64,000 bases of DNA, taken from positions 63,612,001-63,676,000 of the forward strand of contig NC_083413.1 in assembly GCF_020745735.1 (NCBI RefSeq), in the 5' to 3' direction. Below are positions 51,571 to 64,000 of the stretch, piece by piece; the first letter of the stretch is position 1; each line of letters starts with the position of its first letter. This DNA comes from Hemiscyllium ocellatum. Taxonomy: Eukaryota. The position numbers and the translations under genes were made by a program. The notes under the pieces were generated by a model. That model was given only the letters and a program-made list of their open reading frames with translations, did not search any database and was not told the DNA's origin.

Positions 51571-52781
51571 GTCGCAGCATCTTTCTCTTGTCACCTGTGC
51601 AGTTTCCACGATAATATTCGTTCAGTTCTCTAAAACCTTGAATCTGTGCCCTTGAGCTCTTGATCTTCTGTTGGTGGGAGCAACATCTCTATATCTGCTC
51701 CATTCTGACCTCTAATGGTTTTGAATACATTTAATAAATCTCATCTTTACCTCCTCTCTTCAAGGGAAGCAATCCCAACTTCCTCTGTCTTTCTACGTAA
51801 CTGAAGATCCCCATTCCTGAAACCATTCATTTGAATCTTCTTTTTTTTTCAATACCATCATACCTTCCTAAAATATGCTGACAAGAACTGGACCCAGTAC
51901 ATTCATTGAGGTCAAATCAATGTTTGGTGTAGGTTTAACATAAAGATCTTGCTTCTGTATTGCATACCTCTGTATGTAAAGTCCAGGATGCCATATGTTT
52001 TATTAACGACGCTGTCAACATGACAGCCACTTAGTGATTTTTGTTTGGTTGGAGGTGACTGGTTCTGATCTGAAGCCAAAAGTCTGCCAGATTTTTTCTT
52101 TCTTGCTTGTGTCATGCTCAATGAACACTCTCGTTGGTGTGGTGCTCTATTGGCAGTGTTCATTTCCAATTCTCTGATCCATTCACTTTACCTCTAACAA
52201 GCTGTGTAAGTGAAAGCTCTGGAGTATAATTGTTACAATATGCTTCCTCCCTACAGGCGATCCTTCAGTCTGCTATTATCAAAATGCAGGCATAATATAA
52301 ATCAGTCAGGGGACACATTCAGTGTCGAGTCCAAGATTCTGCTTGATAGTGATCCGGGAAAATCATCAGTTTCATTGCAATGTTGTGTCGCACATTTTTC
52401 CCCTTCAATGGCTGGCACTGCCCCTATACTCTTTCTCCCCAATAATACTTTGGTCTCATCTGTGAGGGTGGTGCATATATGGAACGAACTGCTAGCGCAA
52501 GTAGTAGAGGTGAGTACAATTGCAACATTTAAAAGACATTTGGACAGACATATGTATAGGGAGGATTTAGAGGAGTATGCAGGTCAATGGGGTTAGTTCA
52601 GTTTAGGAAACCTAGTCGGAATGAGTGAGTGGACTGAAAGGTCTATATCCATGTTAAAGTTATAGAGACATAGAGAAGTACAGCATGGAAACAGACCTTT
52701 TGGTCCAACTTGTCTATGCCGACCAGATTTCCTAACCTAATCTTGTCCCATTTGCCAGCACTTGGCCCATACCCCTTGAAA

Positions 52782-53005
52782 GCTGAAAATGCGTTGCTGG
52801 TTAAAGTGCAGCAGGTCAGGCAGCATCCAAGGAACAGGGAATTCAACATTTCGGGCAAAAGCCCTTCATCAGGAATGGCTTTTCACAATGGCTTTTGCCC
52901 GAAACGTCGAATTCCCTGTTCCTTGGATGCTGCCTGACCTGCTGCGTTTTAACCAGCAACACATTTTCAGCTCTGATCTCCAGCATCTGCAGACCTCACT
53001 TTTTA
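52782..53005. mobile_element. Second palindromic Penelope-like mini-element with 16-bp TSD
   Basis: Arms 52781-52863 and 52890-52972 (83 bp), 26-nt spacer, 33-nt tail. TSD cccataccccttgaaa at 52766-52781 and 53006-53021. Confidence 0.92.
52841..52876 (-). ncRNA. Minimal hammerhead motif with two CpG transitions
   Basis: Minus strand reads ATTC-CTGATGA-A-GGGC(TTTT)GCCC-GAAA-T-GTT-GAAT. Confidence 0.65.
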
Positions 53006-53436
53006 CCCATACCCCTTGAAACCCTTCTTATTCACAAACCCACCCAGATGTCTTTTAAATGTAACACTTCCTCTGGCAGCTTATTCCATACATGCACCAC
53101 CCTCTGTATGAAAAAGTTGCCCCTTAAGTCCCTTTTAAATTTTTCCCCTCTTACCCTAAACCTATGCCTTCTAGTTCTGGACTCCTCCACCCCTGGGAAA
53201 TGACTTTGTCTGTTTATCCTATCTATGCCCCTCATGATTTTATAAACCTCTATAAGATCACCCCTCAACCTCCGATGCTCCAAGGAAAGCAGCCCCAGCC
53301 TATTCAGCCTCTCCCTCCTCCATGTAAAGCTTTTCTGAATTCTTTCAAGTTTCACAACATCCTTCCAATAGGAGAAAGACCAGAATTGCACACAATATTC
53401 CAAAGATAGCCTAACCAATGTCAAGTGTAGCTGAAG

Positions 53437-53620
53437 TGTCAGCGTGGGTTTCCTCTGAGTGCTCCGGTTTCCTCCCACCATCCAAAGATGTGCAGGTTAG
53501 GTGAATTGACTGTGCTAAATTGTCCATAGAGTTCAGGGATATGTAGGTTAGGTGCATCAGTCAGGATGAGTATAGGATAGTAAGGTAAGGGAATGGGTCT
53601 GGATTTGTTACTCTTCAGAG
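53437..53620 (+). mobile_element. Partial HE1/V-SINE
   Basis: gcgtgggtttcctctgagtgctccggtttcctccc...aaagatgtgcaggttagg. Confidence 0.8.
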
Positions 53621-54642
53621 GCTTACAATTGAAAATCATTACTTGTTTTTCTGACATTATGGAAACACTTTCCTCATCCAAAGGATATTCCTGCAGCAGG
53701 AAATATTCTGGGTTTAGTGCCAGCATCACCTGGTTTGTTATATAGGAGTGAATGTGGCTCTTTAGTCTAGGGATATAGTTCTTGTTTAGGGGGCAGTGGA
53801 GAAGTAGTATACAAGAAGTCCTGAGTTCAAATCCTGAACATTGATTTTCTTTGCGTCTAGTTGTGCCAAGTTGCAGTATTGCCAAACGTCACACAAGAAT
53901 GCAGGATTACCTTGAGATATGGAATTAGCTTGAAGATAAGCAGAGTCATTGTAGCAAATATAGTGCAATACAAATGGAGAAGGTGAGACCAAATGTTTAA
54001 GAACATTTGTCCCCACAGTCAGATTCCAAAATATTCCTACAGCTGAGATATGTCCAGTTCTGTACATCACACTTTAGGAAGCACGTGAAGGCATTCAACA
54101 GAGTGCAGAAAAGCTTGAAGAGAATGGTTCTCGGATTGAGGATAATCAATTTTGAATGTGGATTGCAGAAGTTGAGGCAGCTTCCTTTAGAGAAGGAAGG
54201 CTGAGAGGAGATCTAATTAAAATGTTCAAAATTAGGAGGGTTATGAACAGATGGAAATGTTCCTACTTATAAAAGGATTGAGGACATTCTACAGAAATAT
54301 AAAACAATTAGTTAAAAAAAAACAAAGTGATACCAAGAGAAATGTTATCATATAGCACCTAACAATGTTCCTTGGAGAAGGCAGAAGAGTAACACTAAAT
54401 GAGATGCTCATTTGTAGAGCTGGCACAGACCTGATGGACTGAATGGTCTCCTCCTGCATTGTGAGAAGTGTGATTGTGTTATCAACAGTTGTGAAATGTG
54501 CATCATTTAAATTGGAAGCTTAAATAGCAGTGATCTCATTGCGTAAATTAGAGGGGCACATTTTAACTTAGAGAAGCACATGGATTTTAGTGCAGACAGC
54601 AGTTTAAGTAGTGAAAGTGAATGAGCACATATCAGTGCTAAG

Positions 54643-55085
54643 GTAACAAAAATGGAAATTGCTAGAAAAGCTCAGCAGGTCTGCAGAGAAATCAGTTAAC
54701 AATTTGGGTCTGGTGACCCTTAGAACTGACGGTAGCTAGGAAAATGTTGGTTTGTATGCCGAGGATAGGGTGGGGGGAGGGAGCAAGGAGTAAATGATGG
54801 GTGGGAATAAAGCCCAAAGAGAGAGCAGAATAGTTGGACAGACACAGGAGTGGGTAGCAATCTGACTAGGAGGATGAATAACTACTAATGGGGACTGTTA
54901 GTGGTGAACAGTAGGTAGTATGTAATGGCAGGCTATGTGATAACAAGGCCTGGTGCGCGGTAAGGCGCTAGGACATGGGAGAGTTCAAGCCCTAAACTTA
55001 TTGAACTTGATATTGAGTTCAGAAGGCTGCATAGCGGAAAATGAGGTGTTGTTCTTCCAGCTTGTACTGAGCTGAGTGCTGAGAT
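54643..55085 (-). mobile_element. 3' fragment of the second PLE family, with degenerate hammerhead (54693-54728)
   Basis: Minus-strand KLEEQHLIFR and LNIKFNKFR C-terminus; helix I cagtt/aactg and helix II gggtc/gaccc are retained. Confidence 0.7.
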
Positions 55086-56279
55086 ACTGATTTCAGTGGA
55101 AGTTGAGTGGTGTTCTGATGAATTGCTGTTTCAAAGTAAACATTCCACAGAGTACATGTACAGTAATTAAACTGAAGTTGAGGGTGGCATTGTTCAACCT
55201 TGGGGGTTGGAAGGGGGCTTAATGATTGATATTAAGTTTAGCAGTGAGGGAGCGATTGGGATACCTGTACTCTGGAGTTTCTTAATCTGGAACTTGAACA
55301 GTGGGGCAGTGTGAAGTTGTGAAGTCAGAGCATTTCAAGAATTGAGGAAGATATATTGATCAAAGAGAAAAGTATGAACTGGGATCTTGAGGAGAAAGCT
55401 GGGACATTAGAAGCAAAAGAGACTAGTGGCTGAGGGATTGGAGATGAACAAAATACTTCAGAGGGTATGTGAGGAGACCAGTAGAGCAGCAGCAGGTTAG
55501 TGAGTAGAAGAAGAGCTGAGAGAGGAGCAACCTGCAAAGATGAGGTTGAAATTTGAAGATCACACCAACATAGGAGCATCTCCTATTCTTCATGAATACC
55601 TTTCCACAACATGAGGAAAATAGACCTCAGAGTGATTGTATTTTTAAAAAGAAAATCAATTCACAGAAGTGGGCCCAAACCAAGATTTTATTGCCACCGC
55701 TAATTGTTTTAAAGACAGTGGTCAGCTGCTTTCTGAACAGTGGCAGTCCAGGAGATTTTTATATTTGTACTGAGTTTTTTTACTGGACCAATACAGATGC
55801 TACAGTTAAAAATCATCACATTTCCATGGGTCTGGAGTCACATTCAGACAACTGGGGAATGATTTCAAGTGTTTTTCCCCAGCGGGGAGTTAGTTGGTAT
55901 TTGACAATCTGGTGGCTTTAAAGTCATCACTACTAATAATAGCTTTTAATTTTAGATTTATTTGATAAACTGCATTTACATTTCTCCAGTTTTGTGGTGG
56001 GATTTGCACTCGCATCTCGCTTCTGGTCTATTTTCACCATGTCATATGTTCACCTGATGGATGTTTAAATCTGGTGATGGTGATGGGGGGAAAGTTATTC
56101 AACTGGAAAAGGAGCAGGATTAGTAACAGTGTTGGGTGGATCGGTGGAGATGGAAGAAATTGCATAGATAGAGAACAATGCGTGCACTTGCAAGATGATG
56201 TTGTGTGAAGTAGGCGTGACAAGGGGAGAAGGGATGAGGGTGAGGGATGAGCACAGTCAGATGTGGATGAATGTGCAGC

Positions 56280-56501
56280 TACTCTTGCCTTTGCTGACCT
56301 TGGCAAATTATTAAAGCACATTCTGCGCTGAGTCCAGAGGTGTGCCGTAATGCTATTATTACTGACCTCCTCGGCCAAATCCAGTCACACCACCTTTGTG
56401 ACAACAGCAGGTTTCTTCCTCCTTTTGCTGGGGTGTGATATCACTTACTGACTCTTCACTGCCTCCAGCAATGCGTCAAAAAAGGCCATGAATGTGCAAG
56501 C
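56280..56501 (-). pseudogene. Decayed Myb/SANT-like (Harbinger ORF2-type) coding remnant
   Basis: One frame reads FMAFFDALLEAVKSQ*VISHPSKRRKKPAVVTKVV*LDLAEEVSNNSITAHLWTQRRMCFNNLPRSAK. Confidence 0.65.
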
Positions 56502-58484
56502 CCAGCTTTTACAATTGCTGTTACTGCTCATAACTCTTCCAAATTCTGTTTTTGGATTGGATGACTTCCTGGGTCTGCATCACATCTACGATAGCACAAT
56601 CAAAGGTAAATACAGATGTAAAATGGTGGTAAATGTCACAGACAGATGCATTGAACACATTTCTCTGCTTTCACTGCAATGTTGGAGCCTGACATTGAGC
56701 ATGCCTTAATTTTTTTATTTGAGGTGCAGTGACATAAACTATCAAGCTTAATGTCTGAAGCGAAACTAGTTGCAAGAGTGCTGGTGTCCAAAAATACTAA
56801 TGTTACCGTTATGTAACTAAGTAATCTACAAAATTTGTAGAAATATTGTGTTTTGGAAGCTGATAAATTAACGTTTAATTTATATCTGATGAATGCTGTA
56901 CTAGTACTGTTTTTGCTTAACACTTGTTGGTAAATTAAGTAATGGAATGGAATATCACTTTAATTGCCCTGCACTTGCATCCTTTATCTTGATAATGACA
57001 ATAAAAAAAATCTGGATTATTGAAAATGCAATTTGAAGTCTGCAGTGTAATTTCACAGAGTCCCATCAATAAAAATGGCACTTCATCTCTTTGCTCTGTT
57101 CTCCTCTTCATTGACTCCATTAAATATCCTTAATACCAGGGTAGCGCTAATATGTCAGGGAGAATGGTGAGATGTTAATTACTTTTTTTAAATTTAGCAT
57201 ACCAAATGCATATTCAGTTTAATAGTGTTTAGTTCAACTTTGTGCCTTTGTTTCCACAAAATCATTTTTTTTCATGCACTGAGTAACTTTTCTAATGGCA
57301 TGAACGAACTGTGATATTTATTCAGCTTGGTATTGTGTAGAGACTGTGTAAATTGATCACTCAATTGTCAATCTTCCTTGGATATTCAGTGCAATGTGCT
57401 TGAACCTAAACTATATGGCTTGTTAGCCATTTCATGTGATTAATTGTATTTGATGCGAGCTCAGTAAGTTTACACAATGACTGACTAAGCTGCAAGTGTA
57501 AAGGATGGTCCCACATGCAAAAGCAGATTTCAGTCAAGGTTAGGTTAGGGTGCATGATGAAAGAATCTGGGTTCTTCACTGTCTATGTGGATGTCTGTTG
57601 AGAACAGGATCTGGCTGAGTTGTGTTGTTTCTCTGGTTAAATAGTCTGCCCGTGTAGCACAGTTAAAACCTGAGGCTAAGTACTGGTAGAGGAGAAAAGG
57701 GGAAAATAAGTAACTTGTTAGTGTGGATTGGTATTGGGAATTCAAATTTAAAAAGTGATGCATGCAATTAATTTGTTAGGCAATGAATGTTGCTGAGGTA
57801 TTTGAACATGGATGCCATTATAACAGAAGTCTGACTAGCTCAGTTGGTTGACCATGAGACCCCTAACTCTTGGAGTCCCATGTTGGGTGCTGTTGTCAAA
57901 AGAGCTCTTGGAGCCGATTGGTTGGCCAGAAAGTCTGAGTTCAAGTGCCATCAGTTCTGGGAATGTGTGGCAACATGTTTCAAACAGGTTAATATAAAAT
58001 GTCTACCACTATAACGGAGCCTGATCTTTTTCTCAGCTGGAGTCCGAACATGTACACTTGCTAGAAAGAGTCACACAGTCAAGAACTGGAAAAAATCATA
58101 GCAATGGACCATGTGAGAATTGTTGTTGAAGTGAACAATTTTATCGCTAGACAAGTATAAAAATTGCCACCTTCTTGGCTTGTATATTTTGACATCCTAG
58201 GTTAAGAATTTATGCTATAACATACAGAAGACTCCCATTATGTCATTATTACTGGGAAACAAGTTTCTTTTTAGTGTGCTGATCAAGTTTACAGCTGATA
58301 GATATGACGAAAAGGCCACTTAAAGCATTTCAGACTTGCTGTCAGCATCAACTCCTCCCATGTTATGTATAAATGCAAAGTAAAGTTTCATCTATTTTGC
58401 TTCAAAGTCAAGATTCAAAAGAATGAAAGTGACTGATATGAAATGGGAATTCTATTTCATACAGCAAAGTTTTCTGAGCAAGAC

Positions 58485-58717
58485 TGAAATAACAGTAATT
58501 GTGGGTGTCGTGATTGGGACCAGGTTGACCTCATTGACTGGCCCAGGTTAACAACCCTAACTCAGAAAGCCCTGGCTGACTTAGAAAGCCAAGAGATTAA
58601 AATCTCCTCAGTTCAGGCAACTGACTCCAAGCAGGCTGGCCTACAGCCAGTGTACTGTGCATCGGTAAATAAAAGGTGACTTGGTGACGGGATACCGGCC
58701 TCAATGCAGTTACTTCA
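58485..58717 (+). mobile_element. Short LTR-like element
   Basis: Inverted ends tgaaataac / gttacttca and AATAAA at ~58668. No TSD seen. Confidence 0.4.
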
Positions 58718-60864
58718 ATGAGTTAACATAAAAGCAAAACTTTTCAGATGCTGGAAATCTGAAATGAAAACCAGAAGTGCTGGGAATATTCAGGTCTGGC
58801 AGCATCCATTGAGAGAGAAGATGGTTAATGTTTTGAGTCAAATGTCTTTTTTTGAGATTCCTTTTGTACTTTTGTGCCTTATAGAAAGTGAATAGACACT
58901 GACCGCATATGTTTGTGAGAAACCAGAGACTAATTTTAATAGAGTCTGTTGTAACTCATTACAGGTCGACAGTAGAAGCTATCTTTAAATTGCATGTTGC
59001 CTCATAACCCAGATAAAAGTTGGAGCAACCTTTGATATTTGTGATTATTTTCTTCGACAGACTTGTGCAATGTACAAAAGAATCTCAATAACCCCAACTG
59101 AATTATGAATCCCACATATGCACACACAATGCAATGATATGACTAATAATTCGTATTATTGATAGATGAAAAGATTTATTTTCTGTTCAAAAAATATCAA
59201 TTCGATAATCTCTCCCTTAGTAAAATTGCCTGCCACAACTCAACTTCTAGGCTTCTAAAATTATAGGTTGTTGACATCCATAAACAAAAGGAAGGAGAAA
59301 GAAAAAGAGGAAATTATTAACTTCAGGCAGATTGGAGCAAGTTGTGTCACATCTACACTGTGAATGACAACTCTACTTTAAAAGTTTACTGATGTGAAGA
59401 TTACTTATTGACAGTGAATTAGCACATCCTGAAAGAAAATCTGATTGAAGTGCATGTGCCAATTAAACATCTGACTATTTCATGTAAACGCCCGATATTT
59501 TCCACCCCCACCCTTGAATCACTTGTGACCTTTGTCGTAGTGGTTGCAAGAGGTTTTTATAAATAGAATCGTCATTCATTGTCACGTGGGGTTTTTGCCG
59601 TTACTGTTTGCTATAGCTGACTCAGAATCTGAAAGTGGACGTTGTTAAATTGTTAAGAAATAAGAAGACCTATATTTTCATGTCCTGTGAGGAAAGTCAA
59701 AGCTTGAGGCTGGAACATTGGGAAAATGAATACGCATTTAACAAGTCCTACAATTTTATTCCAGGACTGAACTTTGCAGTTTTGTTCAGTCATGTGGTGC
59801 ATTACTTTTCACAAATGTTTGCATCAATCTTGTAATGTGCTACCACTTATTGTCTTTTTGTTCTTATTTGCCCTAAGGACTCTTCCTGTTGTCATTCTTC
59901 TGCGAATTATGTGCATTGAGGAGGGTAGGTGATCTTTAGATTGGAGCACAGGTGTCCAGAAAGGCATACTTGCCTGCTAGTAGGGCCGACAAAAGTATTG
60001 AGTGATACTGCTGAGAAATGTGTTAGTGATGGATAAGATGCCAAGCTGGAAATATTGACTGATTTGCCAATTATCCATTAAATTGCACCCTTGCCCCAAG
60101 CACATCTGAATTCCACCCTTCAGAATATTGTCGAATGTAAGGCTCTGACTGTCTGCTTCTGGCTGTCATTGTTTTTGTAATTACACCCAATGTCAGCTAT
60201 GATATCTTGCTTAGCATAGGTGAGAGTCATGAAGTGATGGAGCTGATGCCACTTAATTACATGGACTGATAATAAAATAAGCTGCTTAATGCCATAGAAA
60301 CTGACAGATCAAATTGTAATTCTATAAATAATAGCAGCAGTGGGAAATTTTGCAGTGTGGCTCGACATTTGGTAATTTGCTCATGTAATTGCAGTGATAT
60401 TAAAGCAAAATCATTCTAAATTGCTAACAGAATGATTTGTCCAGTAAATCGAATACACTATTTGCATATTGTTTGCTTGCATCTCAGATTTCTTGTCTTT
60501 GATGTGTTTTGCGCAAATTGTTCCAACCTCCATCCATCTTTGCAGCTTTTCCTGAAAATATTCATTTAATGATTGCTGGGGCCCAATATAATCCAAATTT
60601 ATTGCTGAGCAGATATGGTCATGTGGTGATTGTGTTCCTAGAAGGACAGGACAATCTAGATGCTCAGTTCAAACCTTAACATTGCAAGGTGTGAAATGAA
60701 AATCAGTCAGTCTGACAAGTTGTGGAGGAACACCTGAGTTGCTAAGAATAGCCACAGGTCCATTCTAGTCCAGCAAGCTGAAAGAACGTGTAATCTGAAA
60801 TGGCCTAGCAAGTCACTGGCAGATTTTCTTGAAATAACTCTGGGCTGCCCAAAATAAGGGATAT

Positions 60865-63858
60865 AGGCAAAAGTGAGGACTGCAGATGCTGGAGATTAGT
60901 GTCGAGAGTGTGATGCTGAAAAAGCACAGCAATTCAGGCAGCATCCGAGGAGCAGGAGCATTGACGTTTCAGGCATGAGCCCTTCATCAGGAATGAGACT
61001 GTGAGCTGAGCAGTGTAGAGATAATTGGGAGGGGGGTTGGTGCTGGGGGAAGGTAGCTGAGAGGTTGAGAGGTAGATGGAGGAGGGGTAATGGTGATAGA
61101 TCAGAGAGGAGGGTAGAGCGGATAGGTCAGAAGGAAGATGGACAGGTAGGACAGGTCATGAGTGCGGGGCTGAGTTGGAAGGTTGGAACTGAGATAAGGT
61201 GGGGGGAGGGGAAATAAGGAAACTGGATAAATCCACATTGTTCCCCTGTCGTTGGAGAGTCCTGAGACGGAAGATGAAGCATTCCAAGGACCTGACAAGG
61301 GAGTCACGGAGGGAATGGTCTTTATGGAAAGCAGATAGGGGTGGGGAGGGAAATATATCTCTGGTGGTGGGGTCTGTTTGTAGGTGGAAGAAATGACAGA
61401 GGATGATGCGATGTACACGGAGGTTGGTGGGGTGGAAGGTGAGGGCCAGGGGGGGTTCTGTCCTTGTTGGGGTTGAAGTGGTGGGGTTCAAGAGTGGAGC
61501 TGGAGAAAGTGGATGAAATGCGCTGGAGGGAGAAATTGCATGAAGGAGGCCATCTGGTGTGTTCTATGATGGAATTGGTCCTCCTAGGAATAGATGTAGT
61601 GGAGGTGGTGAAACTGGGAATAAGGGATAGCGTTTTTACAGGAGGCAGGGTGGGAGGAGGTGTAGTCCAGGTAGCTGTGGGAGTTGGTGGCGGTTGTAAA
61701 AGATGTCAGTGTTGAGTCAGTCACCATTGATGGAGATGGAGGGGTCTGGGAAGGATAGAGAGGTATCTGAGGTGGTGCAGGTGAATTTAAGGTTGGGGTG
61801 GAATGTGTTGGTGAAGCTGATGAACTGTTCAACCATCTTGTGGAAGCACGAGATGGCGCTGATACAATCATCAATGTAGCGGAGGAGGAGGTGGGGAATA
61901 GTGCCGTAAAACTGCGGAAGGTAGACTGTTCCATACAGCTGACAAAGAGACAGGCATAGCTGAGGGCCATGCAGATGCTCATAGCTGCCCTTTTTTGTCT
62001 GGGGGAAGTGGGAGGATTCAAAGGAGAAATAATTGAGGGCAAGGACCAATTCAGACAAATGAATGAGAGTGTCAGTGGAGGGGTACTGGTGGGGATGTCA
62101 GGAGAGGAACAAATGGAGGGCTTGAAGGCCTTCGTCATGGTGGACAGAGGTGTGTAAGGACTGGATGTCCATGGTGAAGAGAAGCATTGGGGCCTGGAGA
62201 AACTAAAGTCTTGGAAGAGATGGAGGGTGTGGGTGGTGTCCCAAACGTATGTGGGGAGTTCCTGGATTAGGGGGGATAGGACAGTATCAAGGTATCTGGA
62301 GATGAGTTAGGTGGAGTCAGGAGCAGGCCGAGATGATGGGTCAGCTGGGGTGGTCAGGCTTGTGGATCTTGAATAGAAGGTAGAACCAGGTGGTGTGGGG
62401 TTCTCAGACTGTGAGGTTGGAAGCTGTAGGTGGGAGATCCCCTGAGGTGATGAAGTTATGTACGGTCGGGGAGATGATGGTTTTGTGATGGGAGGTGAGG
62501 TCGTGGCCAAGGGGCAGTAGTAGGAGAATGTATCTTCGAATTGGTGCCTGGCTTCAGCGGTGTAAAGGTCAGTGCGCCAAACTACCACAGCACACCCCCC
62601 CCCCCCCCTTGTCCACTGGTTTGATGGTGAGGATGATGTTGGAACTGGGAAATGGTGGGCTGTGCATTGCAAGGGTGAGAGGTTGGAGTGGCTGAGGAGT
62701 GGACAGGTTAAGGCGTTCAATGGTGACTGACTCAACACTAACATCTTCCATAAACCCACCGATCCCCACAGCTACCTGGACCACAGCTCCTCCCAACCTG
62801 CCTCCTGCAAAAATACTATCCCTTATTCTCAGTTCCTCCCCCTCTACTGCTTCTGCTCCCAGGAAGACCAGTTCCACCAAAGAATACACCAGATGCCCTC
62901 CACCACATCTCATCCACTTCCTGTACCTCCGCCTTCGAACCCCACCCCTCCAACAGCAACATGGACAGAACCCACTGGTCCTCACCTTCCACCCCACCAA
63001 CCTTTGTGTCCATCGCGTCATCCACCAACACTTCCGCCACCTAAAAACAGACCTCACCACCAGAGATATTTTTCTCTCCCTACCTCTATCCTCCCTACTT
63101 TCCATAGAGAGCATTCTCTCCACGACTCCTTTTTCAGGTCAATGCCTCCCTCCAACCACCCTCCCTTTCTGCCACCGCAGGAATTGCAAATCCTGCGCCC
63201 ACACCTCATCCCTCACCTCCGTCCAAGGCCCCAAAGGAGCCTTCCACATCCATCAGAGTTTTTCCTGCACTTGCACACATGTCATTTATTGTATCCGTTA
63301 CTCCCAATCCAGTCTCCTCTACACTGGGGAGACAGGACGCCTTATTTGCAGAGCACATCAGAGAACATCTCTGGGACACCAGCACCAAACAACCCCACCA
63401 CCCCATGGTTGAACGCTTCAACTCTCCCTCCCACTCTGCCAAGGACATTCAGGTCCTGGACCTCCTCCATCACCATTCCTGAACCACCCGACGCCTGGAG
63501 GAAGAACACATCATTCTCTGCCTCTGGACCCTCCAACCAGAAGGGATCAATGTGGATTTCCCCTTATCCCAGTTCTAACCTTCCAACTCGGCACTGCCCT
63601 CATGACTGTCCTACCTGTCCATCTTCCTTCCCACCACCCGCTCCACCCTCTCTGACCTATCACCATTACCCCCTCCTCCATCTATCTATCGCACTCTCAG
63701 CTACCTTACCCCCAGCCCCATTCCCCCTCCCATTTATGTCTCCACCCCTCAGCTCACAGCCTCATTCCTATTGAAGGGCTTTTGCCCAAAATGTCAATTC
63801 CCCTGCTCCTCAGATATTGCCTGACCTCCTGTATTTTTCCACCACCACACTCATGATT
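60865..63858. mobile_element. 3-kb fold-back Penelope-like element (minus arm 60865-62722, plus arm 62717-63858) with 15-bp TSD
   Basis: RT motifs on the minus arm (LRYIDD); GIY-YIG on the plus arm (VIYCIRYSQSSLLYTGETGR); PLE termini at both outer ends. TSD caaaataagggatat 60850-60864 / caaaataagagatat 63859-63873. Confidence 0.9.
60960..60994 (-). ncRNA. Minimal hammerhead motif, core intact, helices with CpG decay
   Basis: Minus strand reads ATTC-CTGATGA-A-GGGC(TCAT)GCCT-GAAA-C-GTC-AAT. Confidence 0.68.
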
Positions 63859-64000
63859 CAAAATAAGAGATATGTCTCTCTCAAATATGCCACAAGCAGC
63901 CTGGGGAAATCCATTTTAAATTTCAGACATTATTGCCCCCTTACTGCTGCTTCAGCCACAGGCTCCATTTTAGGTGGGAGGGTGTGGCTGTCATTGGCAA

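Larger units (their letters stand above)
52660..53435 (-). mobile_element. CR1 LINE 3' end (family A), interrupted by a PLE hairpin
   Basis: ORF 53032..53481 motifs; the UTR continues on both sides of the insertion. Confidence 0.9.

Noticed and set aside
59878-59924. Possible 47-nt cassette exon (taag|...|gtaggt) containing ELCAL, reminiscent of the next CLSTN2 exon (EICAF)
   Set aside because: It is not frame-preserving and the similarity does not extend. I found no true exon 3 and no CLSTN1-type micro-exon in the window.
62893-63774. Long Pro/His/Ser-rich ORFs (293 aa here; also 62699..63412, 45237..45791, 61584..62138)
   Set aside because: These are alternative or shifted frames of C-rich Penelope sequence, not host genes.

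Overview
This is vertebrate genomic DNA, almost certainly from a cartilaginous fish (shark), judged from HE1/V-SINE-type SINEs, abundant CR1 LINEs and Penelope-like elements (PLEs). The only host coding sequence I can support is one 123-bp internal exon (25363-25485, + strand) of calsyntenin-2 (CLSTN2, exon 2). The rest of the window is therefore intron 1 and intron 2 of that gene. These introns are filled with decayed CR1/L2-group LINEs, tRNA-derived SINEs, solo-LTR-like pieces, Harbinger and Tigger remnants, and PLEs. The most striking structure is in the PLEs. Their termini carry minimal type-I hammerhead ribozyme motifs (CUGAUGA-A-stem II-GAAA-C-GUC). They occur as single insertions flanked by target-site duplications (TSDs) and built from two inverted arms, ranging from ~210-bp near-perfect hairpins (11682-11890, 52782-53005) to a 3-kb fold-back element (60865-63858). 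One copy ends in four reiterated copies of a 26-nt internal segment, reminiscent of telomerase repeat addition. All coordinates were read by eye. Boundaries of old repeats are approximate, and family assignments come from recalled motifs, not database searches.
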